This document shows positions 17,477 through 24,709 of a DNA stretch of 24,709 nt, one piece after another (the first letter of the stretch is position 1; each line of letters opens with the position of its first letter). The stretch is from a candidate division WOR-3 bacterium. GTDB taxonomy: Bacteria; Hydrothermota; Tepidihabitantia; SM23-42; CAYGYG01. The position numbers and the translations under genes are program-made. Under the pieces are notes generated by a model. It made no database searches, was not told the DNA's origin, and saw only the letters and a list, made by a program, of their open reading frames with translations. Where the stretch lies: NCBI GenBank assembly GCA_965648915.1, contig CBFGIV010000032.1, positions 1-24,709 of the forward strand. Direction: 5' to 3'.

Positions 17477-18337
17477 ATGCACAGAAAAGTTATCACATTT
17501 CAGGAGATAATTAGAAGACTTGAAGACTTCTGGACCCGGGAAGGCTGTATCATCTTTCAACCCTATAATTCTGAGGTTGGGGCAGGAACTTTCAATCCTG
17601 CAACATTCTTACGAATACTCGATAAAAAACCCTGGAATGTAGCTTATGTAGAAATTGCCCGACGTCCGCGGGACGGGCGATACGGTAAAAATCCCAATCG
17701 GGTCCAGCAATACTATCAATACCAGGTCATAATGAAACCCGCTCCCGAAGATATACAGTTAAAATTTCTTAACTCACTTAAAATTCTTGGCATTGATCTG
17801 GGTGACCATGAAATCAGATTTGTGGAGGACGATTGGGAATCGCCTACCCTTGGAGCATCGGGTTTGGGCTGGGAAGTCTGGCTGGATGGACTTGAAATTG
17901 TGCAGTTTACATATTTCCAGCAAGCCGGGGGAATTGAATTGGAAGTTATACCTGTTGAACTGACATATGGCCTGGAAAGAATCGCAATGCAAATTCAAGA
18001 AGTAGATTCGATCTTCGATGTCAAGTGGAGTGAAACAACCACATGGGGTGATATTTATCTTAAAAACGAGGAAGAATTTTCCCGATATAATTTTGACGAA
18101 GCAGACATTGAGTTCCTCCGTTTTCAATTTGAAAAATTTGAGTCTGAAGCAATGAAACTCTTAGAAAAGAAACTCGTCTATCCTGGTTATGACTGTGCAA
18201 TTAAATGTTCGCATATCTTTAATCTGCTCGAGGCAAGAGGGGCAATAAGCATTCAAGAACGGACCAACCTAATTGGGCGGGTTCGAAAACTGGCCTACCA
18301 GTCAGCCCGGGTTTATCTGGAGCAAGAGAATGGTTGA
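17477..18337 (+). CDS. glyQ: Glycine--tRNA ligase alpha subunit
   Basis: [49 protein letters not shown]. Confidence 0.98.
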   Translation: MHRKVITFQEIIRRLEDFWTREGCIIFQPYNSEVGAGTFNPATFLRILDKKPWNVAYVEIARRPRDGRYGKNPNRVQQYYQYQVIMKPAPEDIQLKFLNSLKILGIDLGDHEIRFVEDDWESPTLGASGLGWEVWLDGLEIVQFTYFQQAGGIELEVIPVELTYGLERIAMQIQEVDSIFDVKWSETTTWGDIYLKNEEEFSRYNFDEADIEFLRFQFEKFESEAMKLLEKKLVYPGYDCAIKCSHIFNLLEARGAISIQERTNLIGRVRKLAYQSARVYLEQENG

Positions 18338-20417
18338 TTTTCTCCTTGAAATCGGTTGTGAAGAAATTCCTGCTTTTGAACTGGAAAGAGCCGCCACCAA
18401 TCTGGAAGAAACACTTTTACAATTCTTAAAGGAAAAAAATATCTTCTTTCGTTCCAGTCGACTCTTCTATACCCCGAGACGATTAGGAATTATTATCCTT
18501 GGGATTGCCCGACGGCAGAGAGAAGAAATTGTCGAAATTCAGGGCCCACCTAAAAAATTTGCCTATGATGAGCATAATAACCCGACTCAGATGCTGAATG
18601 GATTTATGCGCTCTCAAAATCTGACCCTCCGGGATATCACCATAAAGAAAACACCAAAAGGTGAATATGTTATCGGCCAGAAAATTATCCAGGGAAGAGA
18701 TACAAAAGAACTATTGATAGAGTTTCTTCCCGGCCTGATCGGTTCTCTGTCCTTCACGAAGACAATGCGCTGGGATGAAACCAAAGTTCGCTTTGCCCGG
18801 CCGGTGCGCTGGCTTGTAGCACTATTCGACACCCGCATTCTGCCACTCAGATTCGGTAAGATTGAAGCCGGCAAGAAAACATTTGTTTATGATCGCGGTG
18901 AACGGATCGCAGTAAAATTGGGTAAACCCCGCGACCATCTGCTCAATCTCCGTAAGGAAGGGGTTATCACCGAACCGATGGAACGGCGAAAAGTAATTCT
19001 TCAAAAAATCAGCCGGATGGAGAAAAAAGTCAAAAAACAGATTGTCCGAGATGAAGAATTGATCAACGAATTAATAAATCTTACTGAATACCCCGAAGTC
19101 GCAGTAGGAAAATTCTCCGACAAATATCTTACCCTCCCTACCGAAGTGCTGATTACCGTTCTGAAGGTTCACCAACGGATCTTTGCATTCGATAAAACTA
19201 ACCGGTTCCTGGTAGTATTTAATGGTACCAAGCGTATGTCCCATGCTGTTCAGAGGGGTTTCGAGCGAGTTGTCCAGGCCCGTCTTGAGGATGCCCTTTA
19301 TTATTATAATCGAGACTTAAACTACGGTCTGGAAAAGATGGTTGATGACTTAAAAGGGATCGTCTGGTTAGAGGGAATAGGCACAGTATACGATAAGGTA
19401 CAGCGCCTGGTGAAACTTTCGGCATATCTCGCAGCTGAGATAAACAAAAGAAATAATAACCGAAAGGTCGACGGTGAAATTCTGGCTCAGGCCAGCCGTT
19501 ATGCCAAAGCCGACCTTGTTTCTCAGATGGTGCGGGAGAAAGAATTTACCCGACTACAGGGAGTAATGGGAAAATATTATGCCCTTCAGGCCGGACTGCC
19601 TAAAGAAGTCGCTCAGGCTATATATGAGCATTATCTTCCACGATTTGCCGGCGATGATTTACCCAAATCACTCTACGGCTCCCTGCTTGGTATTATCGAC
19701 CGTCTTGATACAATCATCGGCGCCTTTATCATGGATCTACAACCGACCGGTTCACAAGATCCGCTGGGTCTCAGACGACAGGCATATTCTTTAGTTCAGA
19801 TTATTCTGGAAAACAACCTTCACCTCTCTCTCACCGATCTGGTAAATGAAATAATTAAACTGTATAACCGGGATCTTAAACTCGCCCCGAAAATTATCAG
19901 TTTCATCTACGAACGGTTTGCCCGCTATCTTGAGGAAAAGAATATTGCCTATGATGAGATAAAAGCGGTGCTTGTTACCGAACCTTCTGATCTCAACGAT
20001 GCCTTCAAAAAGTCGCTGGCACTTAAAGCCTTTAGAGCCAGAGATGATTTTCATAGATTGGTTATCGGACAAAAGAGAGTAGCCAATATCTTAAAGAATG
20101 TCAAATTCCCAAGCACAATTAATACAGAAATGCTCAAGGAACCGGCAGAGATTGAATTATATAAAAAAGGTGAAGAAATCGCCGGTAAATTAAAACCTCT
20201 CTTGAAAGAAAAGAATTATAAATCAGCCCTCGCTTTACTTCTCTCATTAAGAGAGAATATAGATCGCCTCTTTGATAATGTCCTGGTTATGGCTGAGGAC
20301 AAGAGGTTGAGAGAAAATCGCCTTGCCTTAGTAAATTTCATTCATGCACTCTTCCTGCAAGTTGCTGATCTCTCACAGATTGTGCTTGAGGGTGAGGAAA
20401 TAAAAACTAACCCTTAG
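18330..20417 (+). CDS. glyS: Glycine--tRNA ligase beta subunit, 695 aa
   Basis: [18 protein letters not shown]...[41 protein letters not shown]. Start moved to the ATG at 18330, overlapping the end of glyQ. Confidence 0.97.
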   Translation: MVDFLLEIGCEEIPAFELERAATNLEETLLQFLKEKNIFFRSSRLFYTPRRLGIIILGIARRQREEIVEIQGPPKKFAYDEHNNPTQMLNGFMRSQNLTLRDITIKKTPKGEYVIGQKIIQGRDTKELLIEFLPGLIGSLSFTKTMRWDETKVRFARPVRWLVALFDTRILPLRFGKIEAGKKTFVYDRGERIAVKLGKPRDHLLNLRKEGVITEPMERRKVILQKISRMEKKVKKQIVRDEELINELINLTEYPEVAVGKFSDKYLTLPTEVLITVLKVHQRIFAFDKTNRFLVVFNGTKRMSHAVQRGFERVVQARLEDALYYYNRDLNYGLEKMVDDLKGIVWLEGIGTVYDKVQRLVKLSAYLAAEINKRNNNRKVDGEILAQASRYAKADLVSQMVREKEFTRLQGVMGKYYALQAGLPKEVAQAIYEHYLPRFAGDDLPKSLYGSLLGIIDRLDTIIGAFIMDLQPTGSQDPLGLRRQAYSLVQIILENNLHLSLTDLVNEIIKLYNRDLKLAPKIISFIYERFARYLEEKNIAYDEIKAVLVTEPSDLNDAFKKSLALKAFRARDDFHRLVIGQKRVANILKNVKFPSTINTEMLKEPAEIELYKKGEEIAGKLKPLLKEKNYKSALALLLSLRENIDRLFDNVLVMAEDKRLRENRLALVNFIHALFLQVADLSQIVLEGEEIKTNP

Positions 20418-20546
20418 GTATCTGCTGCTGAGGTCAAATTCTTCCTTTGAACACAACTCATTATAAGTCAGCCGAGAAGATCTCTTCTTATGATGATCTT
20501 CTATCACTTCATCAGATAATGTCGGCCTGCTTCCTGAATTCTTAAA

Positions 20547-21794
20547 TCACGGAAATATACCCCGATATTGGTATACCGAGGCAACACGCTCCAATGCAAC
20601 ACAGTAGGCCGCCGTCCTGAGTGAAACCTTCATTTGCTGGGCCTTAATCCAGACTTCATCAAATGTATTTATCAACTTTTTTTCCAGCCGCTGGTTCACC
20701 TCCGCCTCTTCCCAGTACATACCGGACAATGCCTGGACCCATTCAAAATGGCTAACAATGACACCACCTGAATTTGCTAAAATATCAGGCACAACATATA
20801 CCCCTTTCTTCTCAAGGATTTCATCGGCCTCAGGGGTAGTGGGGCCATTTGCACCTTCAACTATCACCTTAACTTTAATCTTCTCTGCGTTATCCGCCCG
20901 AATCTGGTTTTCAAGAGCAGCAGGGATAAAGATATCTGCCTCCTGAAATAAAAGTTCGTCCCTTGGGATTTTTTTTGCTTTTTCATAAGGTTGCAGTAAC
21001 TTATGTTTCTCAACAATCGCCATCAACTCCTGGATATCCAGCCCCTTCGGGTCAATTATAGCGGTAGAAGAATCTGACACACCAATGATTTTCGCCCCTT
21101 CCTGTGCCAGAAAGTATGCCGCATAACTACCCACATTACCAAATCCCTGAATAATGACCTTCGCATCTTTTAGAGGTTTCCCTAATTTACGATATAATTC
21201 ACGGGTATTGATATAAACCCCCCTGCCGGTTGCCTCTTTTCTACCCTTTGAACCACCAAGGACTTCGGGTTTACCGGTGACAACCGCAGGTTCAGTATGA
21301 CCGGTCATCATGCTGAATGTATCCATCATCCAGGCCATTGTCTTGGAGGTGGTAAAAACATCCGGTGCCGGAATGTCGATATGGGGGCCTAAAATCGGCA
21401 TAATCTCAGCAGTATACCTTCTCGTGATCTTTTCGAGTTCTCGCTCAGATAACTTCATCGGATCGCAGGCAACCCCGCCTTTGGCACCACCGTAAGGGAG
21501 ATCAACCAGGGCGCACTTCCAGGTCATCCAGGCGGCGAGGGCGATAACCTCGTCTTCACAAACATCAGGGTGATACCTTACGCCACCCTTTGTCGGACCC
21601 CGGGCATCGTTATACTGGCATCGGTATCCGGTAAAGCATTGCACAGTTCCATCGTCCATCTGCACCGGGAATGTGACCCTTAATATCCTTTTGGGACACA
21701 TAAAAATCTTTGACAGATGCTCGGGTAGATTCATTGCCTTTACTGCCTTTTCAATCTGTTTTCGTGCCATCTCCGCAACTGAGAATTTTTTCAT
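20547..21794 (-). CDS. gdhA: Glu/Leu/Phe/Val dehydrogenase, glutamate dehydrogenase, 415 aa
   Basis: GPTKGGVRY, MTWKCA, GGAKGG, DIPAPDV, QGFGNVG, EGANGPTT, PDILANSGGVIVS. Confidence 0.93.
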   Translation of the reverse strand: MKKFSVAEMARKQIEKAVKAMNLPEHLSKIFMCPKRILRVTFPVQMDDGTVQCFTGYRCQYNDARGPTKGGVRYHPDVCEDEVIALAAWMTWKCALVDLPYGGAKGGVACDPMKLSERELEKITRRYTAEIMPILGPHIDIPAPDVFTTSKTMAWMMDTFSMMTGHTEPAVVTGKPEVLGGSKGRKEATGRGVYINTRELYRKLGKPLKDAKVIIQGFGNVGSYAAYFLAQEGAKIIGVSDSSTAIIDPKGLDIQELMAIVEKHKLLQPYEKAKKIPRDELLFQEADIFIPAALENQIRADNAEKIKVKVIVEGANGPTTPEADEILEKKGVYVVPDILANSGGVIVSHFEWVQALSGMYWEEAEVNQRLEKKLINTFDEVWIKAQQMKVSLRTAAYCVALERVASVYQYRGIFP

Positions 21795-21942
21795 AAGACC
21801 TCCTGTAGTTGAAAGAAATGGTTACCACACAAACAACGATAACCATTTCGTAAAATGGATATTCCTCTGTTTCAGGTCCTAGATCAATTCTATTTAACGA
21901 TACCGGCTTTGCTCCCCATTTCTGTTGCCATCAATTTCTTAT

Positions 21943-23526
21943 TTAGGCATTTAATATCTTCTCTACCTCTTCTTTATCCACTTCAGCGACATACGGAATG
22001 CCAGAGATAGTTGCCGCATCCTTGGTAAGTGCCGCAATATCATTCCTTGTGATATAATCAAGAGTAAATTTTCTATTACCACACATCAACTGCCGTAAAC
22101 CCTGTGCGAGTCTTTCAATATAGGTATAGACACCGATTGCTCCGGTAGAGAGTTTATCAAAATCTTTACCAATCTCTCGTTTGAGTGCAGAGGCAGTGAC
22201 AAATATTTCTTCCTTCTGATTGCCAAATCTCTCTACGAAGACAGGGATCTCTCCTTCTTCAATCTTCTTGCCAATTGTTTTTCCGACCATCGCCGCACAC
22301 ACGATCGAACGTGCCATACCAACAAGTTTTACATATGGAGCACCAAGTGCTAATGCCTTGAATATCTGGTCTTCGAATGCGATACCACCAGCGAATGCAA
22401 TCGCAGGAATATATTCACCTTTTTTAGCAAGTTTATCTGCATAGAAGTAAGTGAGCGAATGGAGTTCGACCGGGGGAACACCCCATTCATTCATCATATG
22501 CCAGGGGCTCATACCGGTGCCACCACCAGCGCCGTCAACAGTCAGCAAATCAATCTTCGCTATAGAAGAATATTTTACCGCCCTGGCTAAGTCCGCAGGA
22601 CGATAAGCACCGGTCTTTAAGAAGACATATTTTGCACCCGCCTTACGCAGCTCCTCAACCCGTTTCACAAAGGAATCCAGTTCAACCATCCCAATTCGAG
22701 AATGTCTTTCAAATTCAGAAAATGCCCTTTTCTCAAACGCCTTTATCACATTTTCGTCAAGTGGGTCGGGTAGCACAACATATCCTCTTTTCCGCAGTTC
22801 CTGAGCCTTCTTCAAGTCCTTGATTTTAACTTCACCACCGATATCCTTTGCACCCTGTCCCCATTTTAATTCTACCGCTTCCACACCGAGTTTTTCAATC
22901 GCATATTCCTGAACACCAAGTCTTGTGTCTTCAACATTTGCCTGAACGACAATCGCTCCATAGCCATCACGTTGCCACTGCTTATATGCCTTAACTCGGT
23001 ACTCTAAATCCGGTGCTCTGACAACCCTTCCGTTTCTAATTTCTGATTCCATATCCATTGCCGCGACATTCTCACCAATCGTCATTATTATCCCGGATAT
23101 GGCAGCACCAACTGCAATGCCTTCCCAGTTATTCTTTGCTACATTTGTTGAACCAAGACCGGGCACGACCGCCGGGAATCTAACCTTGATCCCTTTGTCA
23201 TGACCGATCTTCTGTTCAATATTCACATTCGGGAATATTGCCTTATCTGGATCCGCTTCAATCCCATAGGCACCAACTGCAGTTCCCATAATGTTGAAGT
23301 GGGAATAATCAACCGGATAGTTTTTCTCGGAAGCAGCAGTAATGATACCGAAGGGCTGGGGATATAAGACTTCATGACCACGATATGCGGACTTACCGAT
23401 TTCACACATACCAATACAACCATCGACACAGGTAACACACATTCCACTGAGGGGGACTATTGAATCCTCAGTTCTATTCTTTGTTAATGTGGCTGCTGAT
23501 GCATTTATCTTTGATAAAGAACCCAT
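21943..23526 (-). CDS. Stand-alone FMN-binding glutamate synthase family protein, 527 aa
   Basis: N-terminal CVTCVDGCIGMCE, ELKWGQGAKDIGGE, LKTGAY, TVDGAGGGTGMSP, FAGG, KALALGAP. Confidence 0.9.
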   Translation of the reverse strand: MGSLSKINASAATLTKNRTEDSIVPLSGMCVTCVDGCIGMCEIGKSAYRGHEVLYPQPFGIITAASEKNYPVDYSHFNIMGTAVGAYGIEADPDKAIFPNVNIEQKIGHDKGIKVRFPAVVPGLGSTNVAKNNWEGIAVGAAISGIIMTIGENVAAMDMESEIRNGRVVRAPDLEYRVKAYKQWQRDGYGAIVVQANVEDTRLGVQEYAIEKLGVEAVELKWGQGAKDIGGEVKIKDLKKAQELRKRGYVVLPDPLDENVIKAFEKRAFSEFERHSRIGMVELDSFVKRVEELRKAGAKYVFLKTGAYRPADLARAVKYSSIAKIDLLTVDGAGGGTGMSPWHMMNEWGVPPVELHSLTYFYADKLAKKGEYIPAIAFAGGIAFEDQIFKALALGAPYVKLVGMARSIVCAAMVGKTIGKKIEEGEIPVFVERFGNQKEEIFVTASALKREIGKDFDKLSTGAIGVYTYIERLAQGLRQLMCGNRKFTLDYITRNDIAALTKDAATISGIPYVAEVDKEEVEKILNA

Positions 23527-23547
23527 ATTTTCTCTCCTTTCAGTTTT

Positions 23548-23575
23548 AGATATCAGATATCGGATACCAGATGTG
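23548..23575 (+). repeat. Degenerate 7-nt tandem repeat (AGATATC-like, 4 units)
   Basis: AGATATC AGATATC GGATACC AGATGTG. Confidence 0.7.
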
Positions 23576-23636
23576 AGTTAATTTCTTAAGTTTTTTCCTA
23601 TAAGTGCCTTTTTGCTCTTTCATCTGGTATCTGCCA

Positions 23637-24035
23637 TTAATTTTGCGCACGAAACAATTTAGTTTCGTGCATTTCCCAAACCGACTGGGTAAAGTTAAAT
23701 AGCATACCACATAATTCATTATAAGATTTGCTCAATTCTTCATATAGTTTTTTTTCTTTCAGCGAGTTTGTCTCGTATAAGTAATCTAAATGCTCGATTG
23801 TTTCTTGACAGGAAGCATAGGCCTGGGAGAGGTATCTGAGATATTCGTTTTTGTACCTTCTCAATGAATAACCTTCGACGATGTTACTTGAAACCGATTT
23901 TGACGATCTGCGGATCTGACTGCTTTCCTCATAGAGCTCAAATTTAGGTAGGTTTAGACTCATTTTATGAACTTTGAGAGCGAGTTCATGCGCGGTTTTG
24001 TATATCTTAAGTTTTTTATATCCTTCTTCTTTCAT
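23637..24035 (-). CDS. Four-helix-bundle protein (23S rRNA IVP / Avd-like family), about 132 aa
   Basis: YKKLKIY...LPKFELYEESSQIRRSSKSVSSNIVEG...YL..AYASCQET signature. Start at ATG 24035 (or 24038), behind AGGGG. Confidence 0.9.
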   Translation of the reverse strand: MKEEGYKKLKIYKTAHELALKVHKMSLNLPKFELYEESSQIRRSSKSVSSNIVEGYSLRRYKNEYLRYLSQAYASCQETIEHLDYLYETNSLKEKKLYEELSKSYNELCGMLFNFTQSVWEMHETKLFRAQN

Positions 24036-24076
24036 CATTATCCCCTGTCTGTCCATCTGGCTATCCTTTTTATACT

Positions 24077-24118
24077 CATATCTCCTATCTCTTATCTCAT
24101 ATCTCATATCACTTATCG
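24077..24118 (+). repeat. Degenerate 7-nt tandem repeat (CNTATCT, 6 units)
   Basis: CATATCT CCTATCT CTTATCT CATATCT CATATCA CTTATCG. Confidence 0.85.
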
Positions 24119-24709
24119 CTCTTCCGGACGCAAGTCCCGCAATCCCCGGTTGTTCCCATCCAGCATTGATAATCTTCGTATTGCTCAATGCAGGTTGGTT
24201 CAAGGGTCAGACAGGCATTGCAGATATCGGTTGGGGGCTCTGGTCCCTGACATCTTAACTGGCAGGCCGGGCAGATATAAATGCAACCACCACATAGTCT
24301 GCAGACTTCAGAACGTATATCAAATGGGGTTGCAATCTTTTTCTTGTAGCCTCGCTCAACTATTCCGATTGCACCTGCCTGCATCTGCTCTTTACACATT
24401 CTTACACATAGACCACAGAGTATACAATCGTCATTACGAACTTTAAAGCGAACTTTGCGGACATTAAATTTAGATGCAAGGTCCTGTATCGTCTTTGATT
24501 GTGGACAGATTGATAACAGGAGTTCAATCATCATCTTTCTGGCATTTATCACACGTTTGGTATTTGTTCTCACGACAAGTCCTTCTTCTACTGGATAAGT
24601 GCAGGAACTAACCAATTTCGCATTATCACCTTCACCAATCTCAACCAGACAGAGCCGGCAACCACCGTAAGGAGTTAGCCCTTCATAATAACAGAGTGTG
24701 GGGATTTCA
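24109..24709 (-). CDS. Fe-S protein resembling the NuoG/HydA N-terminal module (2Fe-2S plus 2x4Fe-4S) with a Cys-rich tail; 5' end outside the window
   Basis: The frame is open to the window edge: EIPTLCYYEGLTPYGGCRLCLVE...VSSCTYP, CILCGLCVRMC, CRLCGGCIYICP. Confidence 0.88.
   Translation of the reverse strand, partial: EIPTLCYYEGLTPYGGCRLCLVEIGEGDNAKLVSSCTYPVEEGLVVRTNTKRVINARKMMIELLLSICPQSKTIQDLASKFNVRKVRFKVRNDDCILCGLCVRMCKEQMQAGAIGIVERGYKKKIATPFDIRSEVCRLCGGCIYICPACQLRCQGPEPPTDICNACLTLEPTCIEQYEDYQCWMGTTGDCGTCVRKSDK

Noticed and set aside
539..23447. Numerous 60-120 aa ORFs nested in or antisense to the long genes
   Set aside because: They overlap well-supported CDSs and have no SD or recognisable motifs.
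23637..24118. Diversity-generating retroelement (Avd-like gene)
   Set aside because: No reverse transcriptase and no template/variable repeat pair in the window.
23967..24446. ORFs 23967..24446(+), 23974..24258(+) and the 5' extension of the four-helix gene to 24203
   Set aside because: Antisense or overlapping frames kept open across the heptamer repeats and the Fe-S gene; low-complexity translations (ISYLISH, MRYEIRDRRYE).
1..24709. Genome-wide stop-codon reassignment (TGA or TAG as sense) to explain the in-frame stops
   Set aside because: Conserved genes end normally at TGA (mfd, ptb, glyQ, gdhA) and at TAG (glyS, tpl, DUF4389, TRL), several with overlapping next starts or terminators.

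Overview
Bacterial chromosomal window with no CRISPR array, phage or IS. Three proteins with T9SS/Por-type C-terminal sorting tails suggest an FCB-related, probably anaerobic lineage such as WOR-3 (inference). Contents in order: the 5' end of tuf and tRNA-Thr(GGT); a secreted S8 protease; mfd and ptb; a cluster of small membrane/hydrolase genes plus a nucleotidyltransferase pair; hisC-like aminotransferase and tyrosine phenol-lyase; two T9SS-tail proteins; a DUF4389 protein and a TRL-like lipoprotein; HD-glyQ-glyS; and a minus-strand Fe-S protein / four-helix-bundle / FMN glutamate-synthase-family / gdhA run. Top candidate for new biology: a hidden 442-codon secreted 7-repeat (propeller-like) T9SS protein (14967..16295, -) that reads Gly-Cys-UGA-Ser, with a bacterial-SECIS-like hairpin 17 nt downstream. 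It is a probable secreted selenoprotein, although this copy also has a TAG at a conserved Trp. Also notable: all ten recognisable sigma70-like promoters have a 16-bp rather than 17-bp spacer; the four-helix-bundle gene is bracketed by mutually complementary 7-nt repeat arrays; and an aromatic-rich leader ORF abuts hisC-tpl.
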